Of a stretch of 64,000 nucleotides of DNA, positions 1 through 9,163 are shown piece by piece (position 1 is the stretch's first letter; every line of letters starts with the position of its first letter). Position numbers and translations under genes: made by a program. The stretch is from Methanotrichaceae archaeon (GTDB lineage Archaea > Halobacteriota > Methanosarcinia > Methanotrichales > Methanotrichaceae), in NCBI GenBank assembly GCA_022865315.1, contig JALHSR010000285.1, forward strand, positions 1,626-65,625. Direction: 5' to 3'. The notes below the pieces were generated by a model. It was not told the DNA's origin. It made no database searches and saw nothing but the letters and a program-made list of their open reading frames with translations.

Positions 1-1
1 A

Positions 2-442
2 CGTCTCCTAGATCTGTCTAAGCCGGGTTTCGAGATCGAGTCTGAGATGACAATAGAGAGTGTAAAGAAGGGGCTTAAAATTATTGAAGTTCCAATAAGC
101 TATAGCGCGCGTGCCATGGGGACTCAGACCAAGCTCAATCCAATTCGAGATGGTCTGAAAATCGTTCTTACCATATTTCGTATGGCAAGAACCCAAAATC
201 CTATGTTTTTTTTCGGTCTAATTGGATCGTTATTTGGAGCCATTGGATTTCTTTTTGGAATCTATGTTATTGGAGAATGGCTAAATGGTCGTATTGAACA
301 CGTGCCTTTAACAATACTAACAGCAATACTAATAATTGTGGGATTTCAGCTATTTTTAATAGGCATTCTAGGAGATGTGATGGCGTCCCATCATCAGGAA
401 GTTATGCATGAAATTCACAGAGTCTATAGAAAAAGAAAATAA
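2..442 (+). CDS. Glycosyltransferase family 2, AglJ/dolichol-phosphate glycosyltransferase-like (5' partial)
   Basis: Frame is open from base 2 (RLLDLSKPGFEIESEMT...). GFEIESEM and IIEVPISY..R...TKLNPIRDG motifs plus two C-terminal TM helices are typical of DPM1-like/AglJ GT2. Confidence 0.8.
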   Translation, partial: RLLDLSKPGFEIESEMTIESVKKGLKIIEVPISYSARAMGTQTKLNPIRDGLKIVLTIFRMARTQNPMFFFGLIGSLFGAIGFLFGIYVIGEWLNGRIEHVPLTILTAILIIVGFQLFLIGILGDVMASHHQEVMHEIHRVYRKRK

Positions 443-474
443 ATAAAAAAATAGATACTTGCGATATTTTTTTT
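443..474. terminator. Probable bidirectional T-rich terminator between convergent genes
   Basis: A-tract (aataaaaaaa) followed by a T-tract (tattttttttt) between two convergent stop codons. Confidence 0.45.
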
Positions 475-509
475 GTGAGATATATAAGGTTTTGCCTATT
501 CTTGTAATC

Positions 510-3500
510 CTATCGCGTATACTCTAATCGCGCTTCACTCAGGGCTTCAAGTAGATAAGCCCTTCCCGGTTCCAAGGTTGCATTTTCACCAAGGTAGTTC
601 CATTTCTTTCCATCATAGCTCCATAAAAAGGCCGAAACTATGCCGTTCTCAACCGCCTCCGGATAACTGTACCTCTTTCTCTCAGCGCTAACCGTGATGT
701 TATTGGCATTTAGGCTCTTATTTACGGGAATTCCGATCAAATTCCAGCCCTTGTTTAGCTTGATCTTGAAGGGCAATTCAAGGGGCTTGCCCGGAATCTC
801 AATTGTGAAGTTTTCTTGACTATCGATGAGGAAACCACTTCCCGGATCGAAAGATGTTATATTTTCCTTTCCTGCTTCGATCATATTGAAATTCCAATCT
901 TCTCCCTTGGGCGAAAATATGCTCCTAACTGGTTTATTCTTGATATATTTGGAAATAGATGGATCTTTAAGCTGTAGATAAATCGACAAGGGATTCCAGC
1001 CCACTGTAATATTTAGCAACTGTACTTGTCCTGGAATGACCATATACTCAATGCTGAATGATCTATTTTCCCCTAGCCTAGGTCTAATAACGGGCCACAA
1101 AACTTTCTTTTTATCTCGGAAGACATCTTCGTCGTGCCAAACAACTATGCCATTCTCTTTGACTATTATCTTATCTGCGTCTTTGGGCAGGATCACTTCT
1201 CCTAAGAGAGCTGGCGGTGCATTTAGCATAAGTTTGCCATCCGTATCATCAATCTCCATCCAATAGATCCAGTCAGTGGCAATGTCCTTAACTGGCGTTA
1301 TTGATGTCTCAATTTGGCTCTTATTATCCCTAGTCGCGTTTAGCTGCATCATTTCCGAGTTGTAAGGTAATTCTGGGGTTTTAGGCAAATAAGGCCTGAA
1401 GCTGGGATCTCCAAGGATAATGTTCATATTGGCTGTCTGGTTGAACATCTCGGGCACGGATGTCTTCCAATCTGGCAGGAATTCATCAAATTGGCTAATA
1501 TTCTTGATATTCTCTGTGCCTTTTAGCTTCATGCGGAACAAGTTATCTGAAGCTAGTTGAGCTTGCCCTATCGTAGCGTTTTCATAAACTAAAGCCTGGT
1601 AGAACCGCTTGGGATAATCTTCAGAGACGAATACATAGGCCAGAGAGCTGGGTGCAATATAGTTCACTGCTCCAGACCTGATAAAAGCTAATGCCATTGA
1701 GTCTTCAAGTCGCAGTGGAATGTACATTTCCGTGCCGCTTATATTTATCGCATAACCCTTAAGATTCGCAGTTACACAAGAATGTGCTGTAGTAGTTTGG
1801 GGCGTAAGAGTTAGTTGTTTTACTTGCGACTCATCTAGTGCCATATCTATTCTCGACCATGATGATAGTTGCCAAGCATTTTCAAGACCATGATGATCAA
1901 AGTATACGATATTTTGACCGTTATTCATTTGCGAAGCAGCCAGTTGAGAGGTGGCTTCTTCGTATCGAAGTTCTTTTACATTCATTCCCGCATCAGTCAG
2001 ATAGTTATTAATGCTGGAGGCTACCGGAGCTGCTATCGAGGAAAGTGGTGGGGATGTTATTAGTAATGCATTATCTTTCCAAGACCCGTTAATCTTGTTA
2101 TATGCAAAAGTACGGGCCATGAGTTGCGATGCATCATAAACGCTTAACCCAACAATTCGACCTACTGCAACTTCTGAATAATGATCGTCATCCATGTTGA
2201 TTTGATAATCTCTGTAGATATGGTATTCTATTGGATAATTCTCTGGTTGAATAAGGCCAGTAGAAATGAATGGCAGAGATCCTGGATCGCCGACGACCAT
2301 TAGGTATTCAGGGGATAGTTCGAGTTCTTCTACTCGCTCTCTAAGGAGTTCTTCTTCTCTTAACGGATTTATCTGCTGTGGGTCCTTCGCTAAATCCAGA
2401 AGCAATGCTTTATGGGCAGCAGCAGCTTGAGCTGCAACTAAAGAGATCCGCGGGACTTCAGTGTGACTGAAAGCGGTTATGTTTAAAGGCGGAACGCTAG
2501 AATCAACAATAATAGAATAATTTTCCGTCCTATGCGTGTATCCATCTCCCGCCTCTATATTAAATTTCCAATTTCCTGGTCTAAGAAGTGGGATTCTTAC
2601 TTTATAAACGCTGTCAGGAGGCGTTTCATTTATCTTCAGGCTACCGCTTCTTCCCTGGGGCGTATAAAAATTAACAATAGAATAGCTGGTTTGCCTTTCT
2701 GATCTCCAGGAAATATTTGCCGCCCCCGCCGGCATTCTAGCCGGATATGTTATGCCAACTATAGGCCAATCTTCTTTTCTCACTACAGTGATATTCTTGA
2801 GAAGACCATCATAAGTAAGTGTGGCTCCACTATCCAGGTTTTGCTCCCAGCCTGCGTCAAAAGGATAAAGAATTTCTACCTCCATTGCAACACTTGTTGA
2901 TTCGTCTGGATCCAATTTGTCTATCTTCCATCTCAGAAGAGAACCATTAAATAAGGCGTCTTCAGGCGTAGGTTCATGTCCTGTGAAAGGATCAATTATT
3001 TCAACTGAACCCCGGCTGGGCCTGGGCCATCTAATTAACCGACCGCTAGGGAAGACGTCAACTACGCTGATATTTTTCATAAATTCGTCTTTGCTATTTA
3101 TTAATGTTATATTGAGTCGAACAAACTCTCCAGCTCTCTCTGCCGGAATCTGGGAAGGATTGAACTCCTCTTGGATCAAGAGGTCTCCTTCTGAAGCGCG
3201 TTTAATTTCGGTTTTTGGTACAGCAGGAAGCAGTGACACATCATGAGAGTTTGTCAAAATCACCATATTGGTGCTTTCATTGTGGCTCGCCATTTCCTCG
3301 ACTAAAAATTTGTAGGAGCCCTTTATCAGAGTTAGATTCATCTGGGTAAGGTTGACTCGAGCCTTTTCGGATACGTCGAAGATAATTGTCTGGGTCGCAC
3401 CAAGGCGCTTTAATGCTTTCTTAGTTTCATTAGGTAGCATCTCCCCAGTGAAAAGTATGGGCCAATTTAAATAAGATGCCAAAGGAGCAGCAATCAATCC

Positions 3501-4874
3501 TGCGCTATAATTCTCTCCTACAATAACTGCACCTGGTGATCTTTCCCAATACTCACTCAGTTTCTCAGCCAGTTCGAAACTGTTATTGGCTTGGACTCTT
3601 GACTCAGCAGTCCAGGAGATATTGCCAATTCCGAGGGTATGTCCACCAAGTTGCCCCAAGAGCCATCTAGCAGATCTAGAGGGTGGTTCCATTTCCGACC
3701 ATAGCGGCGTATAGACGACATCATACTCGAAAACGAAGCCATCTATTCCTGCTTTTCCTAGGCTTTCTATATAATTCACTGTGCCTTCCACATTTTGGAT
3801 GGATAGGACGTACTCAATATAATCGTCATTAACCTTTACATATATGGGCTTTTGATTTGTACCCGAGATCAATTGAACATCTGAAACAGGAAGGGGAGTT
3901 ATTATCGTGAAATCAGCTATCTGGGAAATTTGACCGAAGTCGTAACCTTCACTGCGATCTAGGGGATTGCCGATTGCCACCCCCAAATCAATTGGGCCTA
4001 TTTCTGAGGTTATATTGCGTGCTTCGCGTACAATTTCAGTTACTTGCTCTTGTTTCCATTGGCTCCAGCGCTCGAGATTGTAGCTATTAGAATATACCTT
4101 GTTTAGATCAATGCCTGTATCTTTGTAGAACTCTTCTTTGCAGACATCGCAGAAACAGTATCTATTGTCCTGGAATCCAAAGTTGAAAAGCACAGCTCCA
4201 TCTGCTTCATATTCTTCGGCTATTATATCGATCTGGTTGAAAAGATCTTCTCTAGCTAATGGTTTTACGGGACAATATCGGGTTGCGTTGCCACCTACTT
4301 TGGGATCAGGTACCTGAAGCAAATTTGAATCGACACTTTGGGCCTCAGAACTCACTTTTTCAATACCAACGTCGTCAATAAATGCGTTCTTGATGGCGGC
4401 AAATGCCTGTTTGCTCTCTGCCAATTTAGCCTTTTCTAGTAATCCAATTTCGGAGGGTGCTGGACCAGGAATTTCCAATGTGGCGGTCACGTAGACCTTT
4501 AGCCCTTCTTTGTGAGCTGCCTCTACTAAGGCTTTCACCAAATCTCCTTTTCCATTAATTATCATAGTTGAGATGTTGGCTGACTTGAAGGATTCAACAA
4601 TATTTGAAACACCATATCGCTCTAGGTCTACCTGATCAATCCAGCCTAGGCGCCTACCAGCATTAACATCTTTTGGCAGAATGAGAAGTGTGTTTGCAAT
4701 GTTGCGGTCGTCCTCTGACCAGATAGCCAGAGGGGTAGCAGCTATAGAGTCATGCCAATCATCTGCGCCCACCAACACTATATCCTCGACCGGGCCCTTT
4801 ACACCTCTTTCAAGCTGGGCAAATGCTCCAGCGCAGAGAATTGAAAATGCGAATATAGCCCAGAACAGTCTCAC
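510..4874 (-). CDS. Large secreted multidomain protein: CWB2-like repeats, glycoside-hydrolase-like TIM barrel, DUF11/Ig-like domains, C25 (gingipain-like) cysteine peptidase, C-terminal GWN beta domain
   Basis: 1454 aa with a signal peptide. Motifs: DIVLVGADDWHDSIAATPLA and VIVGENYSAGLIAAPLASYLNWPILFT (CWB2-like); DGAVLFNFGFQDNRYCFCDVCKEEF..WSQWK (GH-like barrel); YLMVVGD, VAVGRI, FDHHG, AHSCVTAN, ILGDPS (C25); GWNLIGIP. GTG start overlaps the upstream stop. Confidence 0.75.
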   Translation of the reverse strand: MRLFWAIFAFSILCAGAFAQLERGVKGPVEDIVLVGADDWHDSIAATPLAIWSEDDRNIANTLLILPKDVNAGRRLGWIDQVDLERYGVSNIVESFKSANISTMIINGKGDLVKALVEAAHKEGLKVYVTATLEIPGPAPSEIGLLEKAKLAESKQAFAAIKNAFIDDVGIEKVSSEAQSVDSNLLQVPDPKVGGNATRYCPVKPLAREDLFNQIDIIAEEYEADGAVLFNFGFQDNRYCFCDVCKEEFYKDTGIDLNKVYSNSYNLERWSQWKQEQVTEIVREARNITSEIGPIDLGVAIGNPLDRSEGYDFGQISQIADFTIITPLPVSDVQLISGTNQKPIYVKVNDDYIEYVLSIQNVEGTVNYIESLGKAGIDGFVFEYDVVYTPLWSEMEPPSRSARWLLGQLGGHTLGIGNISWTAESRVQANNSFELAEKLSEYWERSPGAVIVGENYSAGLIAAPLASYLNWPILFTGEMLPNETKKALKRLGATQTIIFDVSEKARVNLTQMNLTLIKGSYKFLVEEMASHNESTNMVILTNSHDVSLLPAVPKTEIKRASEGDLLIQEEFNPSQIPAERAGEFVRLNITLINSKDEFMKNISVVDVFPSGRLIRWPRPSRGSVEIIDPFTGHEPTPEDALFNGSLLRWKIDKLDPDESTSVAMEVEILYPFDAGWEQNLDSGATLTYDGLLKNITVVRKEDWPIVGITYPARMPAGAANISWRSERQTSYSIVNFYTPQGRSGSLKINETPPDSVYKVRIPLLRPGNWKFNIEAGDGYTHRTENYSIIVDSSVPPLNITAFSHTEVPRISLVAAQAAAAHKALLLDLAKDPQQINPLREEELLRERVEELELSPEYLMVVGDPGSLPFISTGLIQPENYPIEYHIYRDYQINMDDDHYSEVAVGRIVGLSVYDASQLMARTFAYNKINGSWKDNALLITSPPLSSIAAPVASSINNYLTDAGMNVKELRYEEATSQLAASQMNNGQNIVYFDHHGLENAWQLSSWSRIDMALDESQVKQLTLTPQTTTAHSCVTANLKGYAINISGTEMYIPLRLEDSMALAFIRSGAVNYIAPSSLAYVFVSEDYPKRFYQALVYENATIGQAQLASDNLFRMKLKGTENIKNISQFDEFLPDWKTSVPEMFNQTANMNIILGDPSFRPYLPKTPELPYNSEMMQLNATRDNKSQIETSITPVKDIATDWIYWMEIDDTDGKLMLNAPPALLGEVILPKDADKIIVKENGIVVWHDEDVFRDKKKVLWPVIRPRLGENRSFSIEYMVIPGQVQLLNITVGWNPLSIYLQLKDPSISKYIKNKPVRSIFSPKGEDWNFNMIEAGKENITSFDPGSGFLIDSQENFTIEIPGKPLELPFKIKLNKGWNLIGIPVNKSLNANNITVSAERKRYSYPEAVENGIVSAFLWSYDGKKWNYLGENATLEPGRAYLLEALSEARLEYTR

Positions 4875-6451
4875 CTTGCGGCCTCCTCGATCGATATACC
4901 CATATCTTCCAGTGTCTTCAAATTATTTTCTCCAATATTGCCCACCACAACGGCCTTATTCAGCTTATTCTTCCTTTTTGTAAGATCATTCACTATTGTT
5001 GTCGTAGCATTGGTCATTGTCGAATCGAAGATCACCATTGGTAAATTGCGTATTTTGGCTTCTTGATAGGCTTTAAAGATATCAGTTTGTTCTGGACTTG
5101 AAAAAATTATTTCAGTTGTCCCATTTTGCCATATATCCGCCACAAATCGCCAGGTCAATTCACAAAGGTTGTTGCCGTCGATTCTCTTAATCTCAAGATC
5201 CTGTAAGGATTTCTCCACTTCGCTGGAAACTATTGATTGGTTACCAATAATCACGACCTTGGAAAAGGACAATAAGCTTTGCCTATCAATCCCATCCAAC
5301 TTTCCCTGCGTCAAGGAGAATGAGGGCAAGCTTTGATTATCTGGGCTTGCCAAGGAAGCTATAGCATTATATATGAAATCATCACCGGTTAGGATTGCTG
5401 TGCCATTGGGCTTAACCACTTTTATTGTAGTTATCTCCTCTGGCATCGGTACGCCATTAGAGTCAATGAGCTTGAATATCATGATGTAATCGCCCGGCTC
5501 AGTTGATAGCATAGTAAAGTTGGCTACTCCAGGTTTGTCGGGGGAAATATCTGCAACCTGAGTAAGAGGAATGACCATTAACTTTAGAGGCGTTATAACG
5601 CCTATCCTTATGCTTTCACTCACATCAAGGGCAATGATAAGTGCCCCTTGGTAGGTCCTATTAACGGCAATTCTTACAGGCACATCGATCTTTACGTCAT
5701 ATGCTCGTACTCCTTTTCCGAATTCAACTTCCGCTTTAACCGAGGAATTCTTCGATCTATTGCCAAGCGATGTGGCTACCAAATCCATTTGATCCTTCTT
5801 GCCCGGATTAGACGTCTCTATATTGAGTTTGAGAGGATGACTCATGCCAGGTTCAAGGGGTAGGTTGTAAGGTAATGAGACATCCTTTTCTCCATCTAAT
5901 AGGCTTAACGACCATGCTTCAGGAGAATTTGGGGCATCTATCGAGGCTACTTCTCTGAAACGCCCAAGGTTCTTTACCAAAATTTCGAACTCAGCAACAT
6001 CATCGGCCTCGGCAAAAGTTGAGGCAAATTTTGCCTCATTGATAGTCATGCTTAGGCCGTAGCTCTCCTGATCAACAATACTAATATTAAACTCTATAAG
6101 GACAGGCATAGAAGGTGGAGCAGCATCAATTAAATATAAAAATCCTCCATAATTTCCGATCTGTGTTTCAGGCGGAACAACAAAAAAAATTTTGGCTTTC
6201 TCTTTCTCTTGGGGAGGCAGTATCTTAAACTCGGGCATCTCTAGGACAATGAAATCTTTAGCGTTGCCGCCTATCGGCGTATTCATGATCTTGAAAATAG
6301 GCGAATCACCTACATTTTGTAAAGTTAGCGTTTTTTGTTCTACTTCACCTGGATGCAACACGATATCAAATCTTTCCCTATCAGGTGCCAGTTGAGCCTC
6401 AGCTGCGCCACTTAAGAGTAATATGATAGTTATGAACCAAATCAGCTTCAT
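4871..6451 (-). CDS. Secreted protein with Ig-like (NEW3-like) domains and a C-terminal CWB2-like region
   Basis: 526 aa with signal peptide MKLIWFITIILLLSGAAEAQ. Beta-rich repeats (LTLQNVG, ILVKNLG..W..L), and KVVIIGNQSIVSSEVE..IKRIDGNN resembles cell-wall-binding repeat 2. Confidence 0.65.
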   Translation of the reverse strand: MKLIWFITIILLLSGAAEAQLAPDRERFDIVLHPGEVEQKTLTLQNVGDSPIFKIMNTPIGGNAKDFIVLEMPEFKILPPQEKEKAKIFFVVPPETQIGNYGGFLYLIDAAPPSMPVLIEFNISIVDQESYGLSMTINEAKFASTFAEADDVAEFEILVKNLGRFREVASIDAPNSPEAWSLSLLDGEKDVSLPYNLPLEPGMSHPLKLNIETSNPGKKDQMDLVATSLGNRSKNSSVKAEVEFGKGVRAYDVKIDVPVRIAVNRTYQGALIIALDVSESIRIGVITPLKLMVIPLTQVADISPDKPGVANFTMLSTEPGDYIMIFKLIDSNGVPMPEEITTIKVVKPNGTAILTGDDFIYNAIASLASPDNQSLPSFSLTQGKLDGIDRQSLLSFSKVVIIGNQSIVSSEVEKSLQDLEIKRIDGNNLCELTWRFVADIWQNGTTEIIFSSPEQTDIFKAYQEAKIRNLPMVIFDSTMTNATTTIVNDLTKRKNKLNKAVVVGNIGENNLKTLEDMGISIEEAAR

Positions 6452-6591
6452 TTAACACCACACAACAATAATATACATTATAAACAAGTTGTTTCGACTA
6501 TCCCCTTCTCCCTTATGACCAATCATTTGGTAAGCTTTTAGTCGGCGGGATAGTTTATATGTGTTATCGTGTCCTAAGGACAGTTGATAGC

Positions 6592-7065
6592 ATGGAGCAC
6601 TATAAAGCTTGTTTAATAGCTATGCCCTTCAAGAAGCGGATCATTAAGAGCATTAAAGTAAGTGATTTCATATTTATGCTTTCATTTGACCTGAAGTGGG
6701 GATCTCCAGAGAAAGTCAGAGTTTTGCTTAGAGAGGCTGAAGTTGAGGGTCTGGTTAGGATTGAAGGAGACATGGTTTATGCAACAACCGAGACCGATTT
6801 GATAGAAATACCTCTTGGTTTCAAGCCTCCAATGAATGAAGATTTTCTGGATAAATGCATCATGCTGGTTTCATCCAAGACAGGGATGAGCCGCAAAGAG
6901 ATCATAGCTCTTGTCAACGAGCGGCAGGATTCATTCCAAAAACTGATCAATATGGATGCTTTAGTGCTGTTGCTAGGTAGAGAAATGGGAATAGATGTTG
7001 GCAACCTCGCAGCCGAAGCATACCAAAACCTTTTGGAGAGCGTCGGAACGAGAAATGCGCTTTAA
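6592..7065 (+). CDS. DUF2240 family protein
   Basis: AMPFKK..FIFMLSFDLKWGSPEK..IEIPLGFKP pattern. Start moved to the ATG at 6592. Confidence 0.75.
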   Translation: MEHYKACLIAMPFKKRIIKSIKVSDFIFMLSFDLKWGSPEKVRVLLREAEVEGLVRIEGDMVYATTETDLIEIPLGFKPPMNEDFLDKCIMLVSSKTGMSRKEIIALVNERQDSFQKLINMDALVLLLGREMGIDVGNLAAEAYQNLLESVGTRNAL

Positions 7066-7111
7066 AAATGCTTAACTTTTTCTTCTGCATGAGAGTTAAT
7101 CATGGGGTGAT

Positions 7112-7353
7112 ATGGCCTTGTATGAGCTCTTAGGAATCTCTAAGGAACGGGTGAACGAAATTGCTTGGGGATGGTTCGAATAGCTTGCTCTCCATCAAAA
7201 ATGCCAATTGATCGGATATTAAGCCAAAGAGAATGCTGGATGGATCAAGAAAGTGCAGATAATTTTGTTTGTGGGTGGTTTTGGGCAAACACGCCTGCGT
7301 TTCCGAGGTATTCAATGTGTGATGGTAGACAAGATGGAGCAGGAACATTCTGA
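7112..7353 (+). pseudogene. Possible frameshifted small gene
   Basis: GGGGTGA RBS then ATG at 7112 gives 23 aa (MALYELLGISKERVNEIAWGWFE*). A -1 shift near 7165 joins it to the 7165-7353 ORF. Confidence 0.3.
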
Positions 7354-7574
7354 AATCCGAAAAAGGGTATATTCATTCAGGGTGTATCGAGGTTTACATT
7401 AGTCACGAATTAAATGTTCGCTAGTATCCTCTTAAACGCCCTAAATTGGCTTTCTCTTGAGTCATTACTAGCTTTCATCCTTTCATCGAACGCTAGGTCT
7501 AAATGGAGCTGAGGTTTGAATGTTTGAAAGCATCCTTCAACGCAATCCGTTAAATCAAATATAATGACCAATAA

Positions 7575-7607
7575 TTTTATTGATTATCAATAAAAGGTAT
7601 ATAAATA
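7575..7607 (+). promoter_or_regulatory. Perfect 10-1-10 palindrome abutting a BRE/TATA-like element
   Basis: TTTTATTGAT-T-ATCAATAAAA (7575-7595) followed directly by GGTATATAAATA, about 200 bp upstream of the radical SAM pair. Confidence 0.5.
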
Positions 7608-7803
7608 TCTGGAGCAGCCCAATGGCTTTGGTTTTTTTAGCTCTCAATATTTTGTTTTCAATTCGCAAAGTTGGTCAGACAAAACACCCAGGTTTTAAAT
7701 GGTTATGATATGGCGTGCAACAGGAATCTAATAAAATCTAAGTATTTAAAGAACGCGAGAAGAGCATCGCAAGCTTAATCTTTCATGCCATTGAGGTCTA
7801 ACT

Positions 7804-9153
7804 ATGCCCGTCAGGGTTCTATTTACAACGATTTACAAGAATGATCCAAGTCCATACGATTATATTGGTTCGAACTCGAAATCAAAGTGGTTTAGATTTT
7901 ATTGGCCAAGGATCCAGTCCTTTGGTTTGCGATTCCTAAAACAGAACATACCAGAGCTGCAGATCCTTGAGTTTCCCACCTGGGATGAATTTTATGCAAG
8001 ATTAAATGAGGGTTGGGATGTTGTTGGCATTTCCTTCTACCTTAGTGAGACCCAAGAAGCTCTGGATATGGTCGAAACTGCCCGCCAATTAGGCACAGTA
8101 GGAGAACTATGGGCCGGAAATTATGGTGCCCTAACGCCAGAAATTCAGAGCAAGTTCGACAGGATTTTCGTAGGTTATGCTGAGCATCAGCTTGCACCTT
8201 ACTTTGGCAGACAGACTAAAGAATTAATACATCCTCCTCTAATCGAGTATTTAAATACGGTCTTTAGGATAAAGCTGAACATATATGGAATCATGTTTAC
8301 GATGCGGGGCTGTTCAATTGGATGCACGTTCTGTCAGACACCAGTTTTCTGCAATAAGCCGACCCCGATACCGCTTGAAAGCTTGGAGAGGCTCATTGCT
8401 TACTATAAAGAGCACAATATCAATACCGTATTAATTGAGGACGAGAATTTTGGGTCAAATAGGGAGCATGCTGACAGGGTTGTTAGCCTTTTGGATGATT
8501 ATGCGATGATCTGGGGTTGCATGGCTCGCGCTGATTACTTGAAATATAAAATCCCTGAGTGGGTTGAGATGAGAAAACTCAAGGGAAAAAATCAAGTAGC
8601 AGGTTTCGGTGGAGCTGCCATAGGAATTGAAAATCTGCACCAAGCAAGGTTGAACGAGATAAAAAAGAAGGAAGGGAAAGAAGATATTTTAGAGACAATC
8701 CAGCTTCTCCAAAAATATGATCTAGGCACCGTGGGCTACTACATTATTGGTTTCGAAGATGATACGAAAGAAAGTCTAAAGGATGATATTAGGAGGCTGG
8801 CTTCATTGAAGTTGGATATTACTCAGATTTGTGTCTTAACGCCATTACCTCAAACTCCTTTATATGACGAGATTGTGGAAAAATATGGCATATGGGATAA
8901 CGATTATCATCACTTCGATGGCAAACATTTAGTTTGGAACCACCCCAATATTAATCCTAAAGACATGGATAAAATCTTAGACCAATCTCTTAGGTCAGTA
9001 AATTCATGGATTTCTCCTATTAGGACATCGGCGAGGGTCTGGGCCAATGCCTATCGTTATGCAGGCTTAACCGGAGTAAAAGAGGTTGCATCCTACATTT
9101 CGCAGGCCAATAAATTTGACTTCAGCCAAAAAAGGCTTCTGAATATTATTTGA
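7804..9153 (+). CDS. B12-binding-domain radical SAM protein (atypical cobalamin domain)
   Basis: RGCSIGCTFC CxxxCxxC motif, IEDENF, TPLPQTPLY. N-terminal WDVVGISF..LWAGNYGA Rossmann-like domain. Confidence 0.85.
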   Translation: MPVRVLFTTIYKNDPSPYDYIGSNSKSKWFRFYWPRIQSFGLRFLKQNIPELQILEFPTWDEFYARLNEGWDVVGISFYLSETQEALDMVETARQLGTVGELWAGNYGALTPEIQSKFDRIFVGYAEHQLAPYFGRQTKELIHPPLIEYLNTVFRIKLNIYGIMFTMRGCSIGCTFCQTPVFCNKPTPIPLESLERLIAYYKEHNINTVLIEDENFGSNREHADRVVSLLDDYAMIWGCMARADYLKYKIPEWVEMRKLKGKNQVAGFGGAAIGIENLHQARLNEIKKKEGKEDILETIQLLQKYDLGTVGYYIIGFEDDTKESLKDDIRRLASLKLDITQICVLTPLPQTPLYDEIVEKYGIWDNDYHHFDGKHLVWNHPNINPKDMDKILDQSLRSVNSWISPIRTSARVWANAYRYAGLTGVKEVASYISQANKFDFSQKRLLNII

Positions 9154-9163
9154 TTTTTGAGGC

